From Macrostomum hystrix (taxonomy: Eukaryota > Animalia > Platyhelminthes), in NCBI GenBank assembly GCA_950097015.1, contig CATNEN010000003.1:16075781-16139780 (forward strand): a stretch of DNA of 64,000 nt, written 5' to 3'. Under the pieces are notes generated by a model that was given only the letters and a program-made list of their open reading frames with translations, did no database searches and had not been told where the DNA came from. Position 1 is the stretch's first letter. The number at the start of each line of letters is the position of its first letter. Of this stretch, positions 24,701-35,628 are shown in pieces. The position numbers and the translations under genes were made by a program.

Positions 24701-27700
24701 AAAGGCGGTTAATTTTGTACCTATGTATAGGCTTCTGTGCTTCTGCATGGACAGTGTGTGTACATGCCTCTTTTTCTCCATTGACGTGCTGCTCTGCTCC
24801 CCAATTCCCAGACGATTCAACCTGCCAAGCACCAGCGAGGTCGGCGTTGTGTGCGACGCCATTGGTGATGACAGCGAAGGAACAATTGCCAGACGAGACA
24901 TTGTGCTACACCTGCGAGGAGGCGGGATTCAGTCAATTGATGAGACCCACCGCTCCTACGACCCGCTGGAGTACGTCCTGATTCATCCGTGCGGTGAGGA
25001 TGGCTGGCATCTGGGCCTCACAATGACCAACAACCGCAAGCTGTCACCAAAGGCCATGTACTCCCATCAGCTCATGGTGCGGCCTGGCGTGTTCAATGCG
25101 CTGCACTACGGCAGGCGGCTGTTCCAGCAGTACATTGTGGACCAGGCAGCCAAGATTGAAGCTGAACGGCTCAGCTACCTGAAGTCTCATCAGGATGAGC
25201 TGCTCTCTGACACCTACAGCGGGCTGAAGGATGCGATGGTAGCCGCTGACGGTGACCCTGAGTGGGTCAACAAGGTGGGCAAGCGCGTCATCCTGAGCTC
25301 CAGCTTTGTTGGTGGCCCGCGCTATCGGAGGGAGCGCCAGCAAGATGCGATGGCCTACGTGCTGAATTTCGGCCGACCGGACCTGTTCATCACAATGACA
25401 GCCAACCCTGCGTGGGAGGAGATCACGCAGGAGCTGCTGCCCGGCCAGAGCTCGGCTGATCGGCCGGATCTGACAATGCGGGTCTTTGATCTCAAGAGGA
25501 AGGCCCTGCTGCAGCGGCTCACGAAAGTATTTGGCGTGCAGGTGGCCCACGTGTGCTCATTGGAGTTTCAGAAGCGTGGTGAGTTCTGAATGTTGCTGGC
25601 GTCACAGGCAAGTCTTCTTTTTCAATTCAAGGGGCTATTCGATATATAATTGTTTAAATTTACCATACAAATTTATACTTTGTACATATTTTAATCACGG
25701 ACCTGTGTTTCAAAATCGAGATGCTGCAACACATGCTCTTTCAAATATACTTTTCTGCTAAATTAATTTCAAGTATTTCTAATGGCGGGTTAGAAGCGTT
25801 TGGGCCTATTCTATGTAGTATATTGACTGCTTGAAATAACTGGGATGCAATTTTCAGTTCACATATTTTATCGGTGCACTTTCGACACTGACACCCTGAC
25901 CACATTACCATCACAGGTCTGCCGCATGTTCACATCCTGCTGTGGCTGGCACAGCACGACCGGATCACGCCCGAGCGCTATGATGAGGTGGTGTGCGCGG
26001 AGATTCCCAGCGCCGAGGAGAATCCAGAGCTGCACAAGCTGGTGGTGGACAACATGATGCATGGACCATGCGGAGAGCTGAATCCCCGATGCGTCTGCAT
26101 GAAGAATGGAGTCTGCAGTAAGGCCTTTCCCAAGAACTACCAGGTGGCTACTGTAGTCAATGACTCCGGCTATCCATTCTACCGTCGACGATCTCCTGCC
26201 ATGGGTGGTCACGTGGGCAAGAAGTGTCTGCGAGGAAAGGAAGTCCCAATGGATAACCGGTAAGTGAAAGCTTCAACTGTATATGGGCGGTGGGTTCATG
26301 CCGCCTGTTATATGTCAACAACATTATAGGAGTTGTGGTCCAAATAGTTTTGATATGCGTCTAGGTAGACGTGTAGCCTATTCAATGGATTTTGCATGCA
26401 GCAGTTGCAGAAAAAGCTGGTGAGTAAGGGAAGTGACTGAAAGTATGCTTAGCATGGGTATCTCGTCCATTACATGTACGGGAATATTAAGCATTCATAT
26501 ACAGAATTATAGGCACTCATAAATGCCAATGACTTTGATTTCCTCAAGGTCATTAGTTTTTTATTTGAAGTGTGAAAGTTATTGTGAAGTTTGCTACATT
26601 AGTTCACCATGGAATCTTTTTTCAAGTTGGAGGGGAATCAAATTGAAGGCCTATATTGCCACCAATTAGGCTTGACTGGACTTGAATTTACTTGAATTCG
26701 TAAACTGTAGTTGCATCCTTTTTACTTTCTATTTTGTCACGCAGGTTCGTCGTGCCGTTCAACCCACTGCTGCTGGCCGAGTTCCGATGCCATCTGAACG
26801 TGGAGGTTTGCGCCACCGTCAAGGCCATCAAGTACGTGGTGAAGTACCTGAACAAAGGATCCGACATGGCCGTTATCGAACTGACGCCCGAGCAGCGAGA
26901 GCAGATCAAGTGGGATGAAATTGCGGCCTACTTGCTAACTCGGTATCTCGGCCCACATGAAGGCGCCCAGATCATTTTCGGCTTGGGCGTTCACAGCCGC
27001 TCTCCACCAGTACTTCAGCTGTGTGTGCATCTGAGTGGTGAAAACCGAGTGATCTTCACTAAGCAGACGGCAGCAACGACAGCCGCAAGACCACCGCGCA
27101 GCATGCTAACAGCATTTTTCGAGCTGTGCCGAACAGACGAATTTGCTCGCACCCTGCTCTACACGGAGCTGCCGCGACACTTTGTCTGGCACGCAGGTGC
27201 AAAGGAATGGCAGCGAGCCAAGATTGGAGCACCTGTGCAAGGCCATGCTGGTGTTCGACAGCGTGACAGCATTGGCCGGATGTACACCGTCAGTCCTCGA
27301 GCTGGTGACGTGTTCTACCTGCGGCTGGCTCTGCTACGTGTTCGTGGACCGGTGAGCTATGAGTCTCTACGCACAGTTGACGGCGTCTTGCATCCGGATT
27401 TCAAGGAAACCTGCAGGGCTCTCGGCCTGCTGGAGGACGACGAGCACTGGCGACTCTGCATGGAGGAGGCAACTGAGACGCAAATGCCAGCTGCTCTTCG
27501 GTGTCTCTTCTCAGTCATTCTGGTGCACGGAAACCCAAGCGATATTAACAACCTGTGGTCTCGCTTTCGTCTGGTCATGGGCGAGGATTTTGCCCATCGC
27601 GAGTCAGCGGAAGAAGCTTGGGTAGCGAACCGAGTTCTCCAAGATCTGGCAAAGCGTTTGGAGGCCATGGGAAGCAGACTATCACAGTTCGGCCTGCCAG

Positions 27701-29387
27701 AACCCTATCAGCATGCAGAGCAGGAGGCCGCTGAGGGTAGCTTTGTTGAGCAGCGCGAGCAGCAGCTGACCAATGAACAGCGGGAAATTTACGATGCCGT
27801 ACGGAACAGTCTGCAAGGTGGTACAGGTGGCCTTCACTTCATTGACGCCGCTGGTGGAACTGGCAAGAGCTTCTTGCTGGAGCTTCTGCTTGCGTACGTG
27901 AGATCTCGAGGAGAGACTGCATTGGCCGTTGCAAGCACCGGAATTGCAGCTACATTGCTCCCTGGCGGTCGGACGGCTCACTCAGCATTCAAAATTCCGC
28001 TGTCAGTTGTGAAGGAAAGCAGCGGCCGCTGTGACATCAAAAGACAGAGCGCATTGGCAGAGAAACTGCGCAATACCCAACTGATTGTGTGGGACGAGGC
28101 TGCAATGGTGCACCGAAAGATTCTTGAGGCCGTCGATCGCAGTCTAAGAGATGTCATCGCTGATAGGCCATTTGGTGGCCTCACTGTTGTGCTGGCTGGA
28201 GACTTCCGCCAGTTGCTGGCTGTCATCAAGGGCGGCACGGCAGCCAACACGATTCAGGCGAGCATCAAGAGGAGTGCAGTCTGGGCAGAGTTTCGGCAGC
28301 ACCGGCTCACTGGCAACCTGCGGCTCCAGACAGACTCTGCAGCTTTGCGCTACGCCGAGTTTTTGCTGCAGGTTTGTCAATTGATCATATTTTTAAAATT
28401 ATCAAAAATTTTAAAAATGAATTTCCATCCTTGAAAATTTGATGCCCAATTCTTTGCAATAGAAATCGAAAGCACGTGAAGAATTGGTTATATTCTGTCT
28501 TGGCCACGGCTGTTTTACTGACATTTACTTTGTCATTCATAACTCATAACGAATTTCTATATTTTGCCATTCTGCGATTTCATTTACGCAATATTTTCCA
28601 TCTTCATATCCTTAATTCGCAGGTCGGCGAGGGTCGCCTGCCAGAAGACAGCCAAGGCAACGTGGAACTTCCGGCTGAAATTTGCATGCCAGAAGGAGCG
28701 GAGACAAGTCAACTGATCCAGCACGTGTTCCCCAGCTTCGAGGAATCTGAGGAGCGTGATGGCATGTTCGAGTCGAGAGCAATTCTAGCACCTCACAACC
28801 AGACAGTTGACGATATCAACGCCCTGTGCCTGGCGATGTTTCCGGGAGATGTCGTCGAGTATCACTCATTCGACAGCATTCCGAACGACGAAGATGCATC
28901 AACGCAGTTTCCCGTGGAAGCGCTGAACTCGCTAGACCCGCCGGGATTGCCTCCGCATCGGCTGGAGCTCAAAGTCGGGGTGCCTGTCATGCTGCTCAGG
29001 AATCTGAACGCCCCACGGCTGTGCAACGGAACTCGGCTGATCGTTACAAAGCTGGACAAGAACGTTCTGGTAGCGCGGATCGCTGCTGGGGCTTTCAAGG
29101 GCGAGCCGGTTCTCCTGCCGAGAATTCCGCTGGAGCCCAACATCGAAGATTTGCCGGTGAAATTCCGCAGACTACAGTTCCCGGTGCGCCCATGCTTTGC
29201 GATTACGATACACAAGAGCCAGGGCCAGAGCTTGGACTTCTTCGGCGTGCATTTGCGACTCTCGTGCTTTCAGCATGGCCAGCTGTACGTTGCGCTGAGC
29301 CGTGCAAGAGACCCTGGGCATGTCAAGATTCTGGTGCCTGGAAGAAGAACTCTAAATGTTGTTTTGAAAGCAGTTCTGTCTGACTAG
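21715..29387 (+). CDS. Helitron RepHel transposase, 7 exons (21715-22262, 22839-23501, 23871-24452, 24812-25578, 25917-26259, 26745-28371, 28623-29387), 5295 nt / 1764 aa
   Basis: All introns GT-AG and phase-compatible. Splicing reconstitutes GEHARRFNLP, EFQKRGLPHVHILLW (HUH motif) and DNRFVVPFNP. Also KYVVKYLNKG (Y2 catalytic motif), PDLFITMTANP, CDKC...CC Zn motif, and Pif1 motifs AAGGTGKS, IVWDEA, LAGDFRQL, TIHKSQGQS, HGQLYVALSR. Confidence 0.93.
21790..22230 (+). repeat. 69-bp coding repeat giving 23-aa STPR-like repeats in RepHel exon 1
   Basis: About 6 copies of ETDADRAARLEDLRQREAERRAS; 23-aa period and ETxxxRxxRL pattern match STPR-type repeats. Confidence 0.7.
22839..23501 (+). CDS. 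RepHel exon 2: OTU-like cysteine protease domain
   Basis: IIGDGNCFFHAV (catalytic Cys loop) and LLNNEHYESL (His loop). Confidence 0.85.
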
Positions 29388-30199
29388 AAACCTGATGAGC
29401 TAACACTCTGTATTATTTAAAGTTAGGACTCATTCTCCTTGACATGTGTCATGATAGTCACTGGTATCTGACCTCCTGTATAAAGTCTAACTTTAGTTGT
29501 ATAGAAGAATATTCGAGTAGAAGACTTGCAATGGAAAAGACAGAAATATTCCTATATCAACATGCTTCAAGATATTTATCTGTAGAAAGTGAAAAGTAAC
29601 AAATTCAGATATTTGAAAACAACAAATATATCAGTTCATGTTGATTAAATGGTTAATAGAACGCAGAGCTTTATACAGGGCGTCACTTGTCCAGTCCACT
29701 TTTGTAATGGCGTAGCCTGAGCATTTATCATGCGGTTGCATTTCTCTCCGGATCTTTCTGAAGGAGACAGCTCAGGTTGATAAGCGTGATTTCATTATGT
29801 TCTGCGTAGTGCAGCGCCAGTCTAAGATGCATTGACATCTCTCTTTCTTAGCAAAAGGTTTACCTTTTCTGGCGTTCGAAATCACGCCGGCTAGACACTA
29901 AATTGCACAATCCTTAGTTGAGGATTTTGAGCTTAGCCGAGAGAACGGCTCTGTCACTTTACTGTTTGAGTGATGGAGCACTTGTCCACAGAGCCTCGTC
30001 CACTCTGTGTGTCAAACGTTCTACTTTGGGGAGCTCTGTCTAGCCATGAGCATCAGAATGATGCGGGTTCGAACAGTCATTGGGACCTTGTAATACTCCA
30101 TTTGACGATTTTGTGCACGAGTCTTGTGCTTGCAACTTTTTGGTAGTCGGAGAGTAGCTCCATAATAATTATAGGCAAAATTAACTACACAAGACGATT

Positions 30200-30335
30200 G
30201 TACGACCTATAACGAATGTATGTCTTATTGCGACTGTATGACCTATTGTGAATGTATGACCTATTGCGACTGTATGACCTATTGTGAATGTATGACCTAT
30301 TACCAATGCATGACCTACATGTATAACGACTGTAT
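30200..30335. repeat. 18-bp tandem repeat (tgtatgacctattgcgac) between the convergent Helitron genes
   Basis: Direct inspection. Confidence 0.8.
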
Positions 30336-31197
30336 GAAGAACATTTTAACTCTCGTTCAAATTCTGTTGGGTCAACCATTGGGCTGCATTAGCCAGACTC
30401 GCCCAGATATATGAAAAAAAACTTTTTTAATGTTTTTAATGATTCAGATTGGCAGACTACATATTTTGAAACTTTGTACCTATACTGCAACTGGGCACGC
30501 TCCCACGCTGATACTTCTTGAAAAAAGGAAATGCAGTTACGCATTTCTGATGTACGCCTCGTAGATAGGTAATAGTAATAAGTTAATTCGCTCAGTTTCT
30601 CACGAACATTTATTACAATTCGTAAATAAAGCATCGCATGTAAGTCAGGAAGACAACACCATTTATCCATCACTGCCATTTATCAATTGTGATTCTCAAT
30701 TGCACTCATTTCATTTTTTTGCACTTCAGTGACACTAGCAGTTCACAAAAACTATTTTTCACTGCTCTAAAAAATTCATAGTTCCACCACTCATGCGGAG
30801 AATTGAAATTAAAATCGTTAAGTTGTCAAATCGCCAATGCTCGAGAGTTGCTCCACATCCTTCATCAGTCGCCGTGATTCGCTCAGTCTTTGATTTGAAT
30901 GTCATTGATTGGTTGATTGGTCCAGCGCGGGTCCATTGTTGGCTCAGTCGTCCGTCCTCTGAGAACTAAATGTCATATCGCTTCGCCTGCAATGGGGTAG
31001 TTATGTTTCAGACTTTTCATTTCAACAAGACTTAAATTAGAAGACCTAAGAAATGTGCTTATTTACTCACTGTGAACTCTCCGGCTCTTCAATAGAGATC
31101 ACGGTCTGTAGGTGCGATGATGGCAGTAGGCAATAAATGAAAAAATTGTACAATATATAATAGAGCTAGCAAGATTTATAATTTTATAAAAACATAC

Positions 31198-32556
31198 CTC
31201 CCAGCTTCCCTTTCGAATGCGCACGCGCCTGAGCTTCACAGACGTGGGAAGCTCCAGAAGCAATTCGTCTGCTCGTGAAGGGCCAGGATTTTTAGCAGAG
31301 ACAATTGACGAAAGTGGCGAAAGGTCCTGGTTCCCATCTGAAGCGTTGCCCGCTGAGCGATCATGGTGCCAAACACGTAGCCGCTCGGCTTCGAAGATGT
31401 CCGGCTCATGGACACATAGTGCGGAGCTGCAGGATAGTGAAATCGATCCATAGTCGTTGGTTTTTGCGCCTTTGACTGCGAGAACACTGCCAGTTGGCCA
31501 AGACGAAACCTGCGTAGTGCTCGCTCCCCAGAATGTGCATGAAATCGTAAAATTGGTTGCATCGGCCAGGCTGACAGTCGACTTAGTGCAAGTTCCGCTT
31601 CTTGTCTTAACGTCTGTTGGGCCGTCTTTCGATATTATAATGCCAAGAACGTCGACAAGAACACTGAGGAGGAGATATGGAATGGTAACGAATGTACAGA
31701 AATATACAGAATCTACAGATCTTGGATTTTACGATCAAAGTGAGACTCCTTCCTTCCAATTAATCAGAGGCAAATTTATGCGTTATGCGTCTATGGCCAA
31801 ATCATTAATCACTTTAAAATAAGCATTTCCATATTTCCTTGTTTGATCGGTACTTTGTATGTACTTTGGCAGGTACCCGCATGAGATTTGAATGCGTGAA
31901 TTGACTATTAATTTGTTTGAAGTATGGAAGAGTGCTCCTTACATGCCCAAGCTCCAGTGCAATGCGGAGCGTTAGCAGAAAGTATATCTGGCTGACTCTG
32001 GCTGATCCCAAGGTGTTCTAATCATCCAAGTCATAAAAGTTCAAAATAAATAGTTTCAACACAGAAGCCCTACCCGTCTGTTCCGACATTTGCCAGGTCG
32101 GAAATAGCACGAAAGCGAAATTGCGGGCCGCACAAAATGTCATCTGGCGACTCCTCTACAGTGCCGTCGTCCTCCATGTCAACTTTGACCTCAAAAGTAT
32201 TGGACGCAGTGTTGTAACGCGCGTCGGCAACCGCTATCATGCCGCCTGAGATCGCTACTGTTTTTCCAACAGCACATTTTGACCAAGCGACTGCCAGGTC
32301 ACGGCCAAAAAAGCAGGCCTTGATTTCTGCTGTTGTGTCCATAAGTAGTACGGAAAAGAGCTCTCCGGTACCTTTGCGGCTAGCATATTTGCGAATCTGT
32401 ATACGAGAAATTCGAGAAATTAGAAAGCGAATGAAGTATTATTAATAGCAGTACTGAAATTGGGTAAAAAATGCGGCTCACCTCATTTCGAAGCATGACC
32501 TTGGCGAAAATAGGCGAAGTTAGCTTTCCACAGGCTGTTATATTTATTATCTTCAT
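31198..32556 (-). CDS. RPA70 (RPA1)-like ssDNA-binding protein, OB-folds A and B. Exons 32556-32482, 32396-32074, 31663-31198; possible further exons 31105-31071 and 30986-30944
   Basis: Spliced translation MKIINITACGKLTSPIFAKVMLRNE|IRKYASRKGTGELFSVLLMDTTAEIKACFF...YNTASNTFEVKV...QFRFRAISDL...|VLVDVLGII...SCTFWG...VLAVKGAKTNDYGSISLS...EPDIFEAERLRVW follows RPA70 DBD-A/DBD-B motifs; GT-AG sites and phases 0, 2 fit. Confidence 0.85.
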
Positions 32557-32802
32557 GTTTAAATATGCTTTTTGTAGTAAAGCAATCTCGGAATCGAATT
32601 TCGTTGTTGGCGGTCAAAATCAGACTTTTAATTGGATTTTGTTGTTTTGTGGCGGTCTAAATCTGACTTTTTGGCGGTATAAATCATCTGACTTTCCTAT
32701 TTTAAACCGACATGTTCTGTACACTGCTTTATTTTCTCAAGCTTGACTCAATCAATAAATGTACATGCCTTCAGAAGGCGGCCAGTCAGACACAGGCACC
32801 AG

Positions 32803-32919
32803 GGGGGTTTCTTATGAAAGTATTCTCCATGCTTTATGCTAAATATGTGCATCAAGTAGGCGGAAATTGGTGTACATTTTCAGCATAAATCATAAAGAAT
32901 ACTTTCATAAGAAACCCCC
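32803..32919. mobile_element. 117-bp palindromic MITE, PIF/Harbinger-like, with CAG target duplication
   Basis: 53-bp imperfect inverted arms starting GGGGGTTTCTTATGAAAGTATTCT, 11-nt loop, CAG at 32800-32802 and 32920-32922. Confidence 0.65.
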
Positions 32920-33179
32920 CAGGGGGTGGGGGTAGTCGCATTTTATTAGATTGCATCAGTGCCCAATGCATTCTCTTGCCCTTGTGGTATAGGTATAGGC
33001 ACCTTTCAGGACTCAAGGAGAGTATTTCTATGAATTCGTGGAGACTTGAATTTCATATTTTGTAATAGTTGAACAAAAAGTTCACGTTAAAACTAGAATA
33101 AAAGCTTTCAGAAGGAGGCATACAATCTACCCACAACAGACTTTTATGTAACCACAATAGTACAAGCAAAAAATTAGGG

Positions 33180-35069
33180 CTATTCGAAGTTGGCTTTGAC
33201 TATTCGAAGTTGGTTTTGACTATTCGAAGTTGGCTTTCACTATTCGAAGTTGGTTTTGAGAATTCGAAGTTGGCTTTCACTATTCGAAGTTGGTTTTGAC
33301 TATTCGAAGTTGGTTTTGACTATTCGAAGTTGGCTTTGACTATTCGAAGTTGGTTTTGACTATTCGAAGTTGGTTTTGACTATTCGAAGTTGGTTTTGAC
33401 TATTCGAAGTTGGCTTTGACTATTCGAAGTTGGTTTTGACTATTCGAAGTTGGCTTTGACTATTCGAAGTTGGTTTTGACTATTCGAAGTTGGCTTTGAC
33501 TATTCGAAGTTGGCTTTGACTATTCGAAGTTGGCTTTGACTATTCGAAGTTGGCTTTCACTATTCGAAGTTGGTTTTGACTATTCGAAGTTGGTTTTGAC
33601 TATTCGAAGTTGGTTTTGACTATTCGAAGTTGGCTTTGACTATTCGAAGTTGGTTTTGACTATTCGAAGTTGGCTTTGACTATTCGAAGTTGGTTTTGAC
33701 TATTCGAAGTTGGCTTTGACTATTCGAAGTTGGCTTTGACTATTCGAAGTTGGTTTTGACTATTCGAAGTTGGTTTTGACTATTCGAAGTTGGCTTTGAC
33801 TATTCGAAGTTGGCTTTCACTATTCGAAGTTGGTTTTGAGAATTAGAAGTTGGCTTTCACTATTCGAAGTTGGTTTTGACTATTCGAAGTTGGTTTTGAC
33901 TATTCGAAGTTGGTTTTGACTATTCGAAGTTGGTTTTGACTATTCGAAGTTGGTTTTCACTATTCGAAGTTGGCTTTGACTATTCGAAGTTGGTTTTGAC
34001 TATTCGAAGTTGGTTTTGACTATTCGAAGTTGGCTTTGACTATTCGAAGTTGGCTTTGACTATTCGAAGTTGCTTTGACTATTCGAAGTTGGCTTTGACT
34101 ATTCGAAGTTGGCTTTGACTATTCGAAGTTGGCTTTGACTATTCGAAGTTGGTTTTGAGAATTCGAAGTTGGCTTTCACTATTCGAAGTTGGTTTTGAGA
34201 ATTCGAAGTTGGCTTTGACTATTCGAAGTTGGCTTTCACTATTCGAAGTTGGCTTTCACTATTCGAAGTTGGTTTTGACTATTCGAAGTTGGCTTTGACT
34301 ATTCGAAGTTGGCTTTCACTATTCGAAGTTGGTTTTGACTATTCGAAGTTGGCTTTGACTATTCGAAGTTGGTTTTGACTATTCGAAGTTGGCTTTCACT
34401 ATTCGAAGTTGGTTTTGACTATTCGAAGTTGGCTTTCACTATTCGAAGTTGGTTTTGACTATTCGAAGTTGGCTTTGACTATTCGAAGTTGGCTTTGACT
34501 ATTCGAAGTTGGTTTTGAGAATTCGAAGTTGGCTTTGACTATTCGAAGTTGGCTTTGACTATTCGAAGTTGGCTTTGACTATTCGAAGTTGGCTTTGACT
34601 ATTCGAAGTTGGCTTTGACTATTCGAAGTTGGCTTTCACTATTCGAAGTTGGCTTTGACTATTCGAAGTTGGTTTTGAGAATTCGAAGTTGGCTTTGACT
34701 ATTCGAAGTTGGCTTTGACTATTCGAAGTTGGCTTTGACTATTCGAAGTTGGCTTTGACTATTCGAAGTTGGCTTTGACTATTCGAAGTTGGCTTTGACT
34801 ATTCGAAGTTGGCTTTCACTATTCGAAGTTGGCTTTCACTATTCGAAGTTGGTTTTGAGAATTCGAAGTTGGCTTTGACTATTCGAAGTTGGCTTTGACT
34901 ATTCGAAGTTGGCTTTGACTATTCGAAGTTGGCTTTGACTATTCGAAGTTGGCTTTGACTATTCGAAGTTGGCTTTGACTATTCGAAGTTGGCTTTGACT
35001 ATTCGAAGTTGGTTTTGAGAATTCGAAGTTGGTTATGACTACTCAAAGTTGGCTTTCACTATTCGAAGT
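33180..35069. repeat. 20-bp satellite (tattcgaagttggctttgac), about 94 copies, inside autonomous U5
   Basis: Direct inspection. Confidence 0.96.
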
Positions 35070-35149
35070 GTGTTTGCAGCGTTCAGAGATAGTTTTGAGT
35101 TGGAAGTTGGTTTTCTAGCAGGCTGTCTCTGCTTGATCTGTCTTCTAGC

Positions 35150-35330
35150 AGGCTGTCTCTGCTGCTGGGGGAATTTGTTCTCTGCTGCTGGGGGGGAATT
35201 TGTTCTTTGCTGCTGGGGGGGGGGAATTAGTTCTTTGCTGCTGGGGGGGGATTAGTTCTTTGCTGCTGGGGGGGGATTAGTTCTTTGCTGCTGAGGGGGG
35301 AATTAGTTCTCTGCTGCTGGGGGAATTAGT
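35150..35330. repeat. ~22-25-bp repeat (ggggaattagttctctgctgct) shared with U4 19775-19995
   Basis: Direct inspection. Confidence 0.8.
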
Positions 35331-35628
35331 AGCATTAAGCTGAGTTGTATCAAACGTATCTTACTTGTGTACTTTTGCCTCAATGGGGCTCTTGGTGTAC
35401 AGACCGGATGTCTCAAAATGTATTCAAGCTCAGACTGACTATTTTTGTATTTAGTGAGAATTCAAATTCTCTTTGATTCGCAATCACGTATATTCGCAAT
35501 CAGGGAAATTAATACTGACGAAATGAGCTTACGTTTTTGTTTGCTTTCAGGTGTGTTTTGTCCCTATGCATTGCACAATATTTTTTGTCTGAACAGTAGT
35601 GCCCCCCAAGGGGGGCTTAGTGTGCTAG

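Larger units (their letters stand above)
20981..35628 (+). mobile_element. Helitron U5, autonomous, 14648 bp (5' alpha, 3' c)
   Basis: TC start, RepHel and RPA-like genes, hairpin GCCCCCC-AA-GGGGGGC at 35601-35616, CTAG at 35625-35628. Confidence 0.93.

Noticed and set aside
24453-24811. Hydrophobic N-terminal part of ORF 24453..25589 (likewise 28476-28622 and 28372-28434)
   Set aside because: Intron read-through; splicing at 24452/24812 and 28371/28623 restores conserved RepHel motifs
29600-30200. Possible RPA70 DBD-C exon or third Helitron gene on the minus strand
   Set aside because: The frames I read are interrupted by stops and show no CxxC Zn-ribbon or other recognisable motif
20981-35628. 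Classification as Helentron/Helitron2 because of the OTU domain
   Set aside because: Termini are TC...hairpin-CTAG, Rep motif 2 reads RGLPH, and no endonuclease domain follows the helicase
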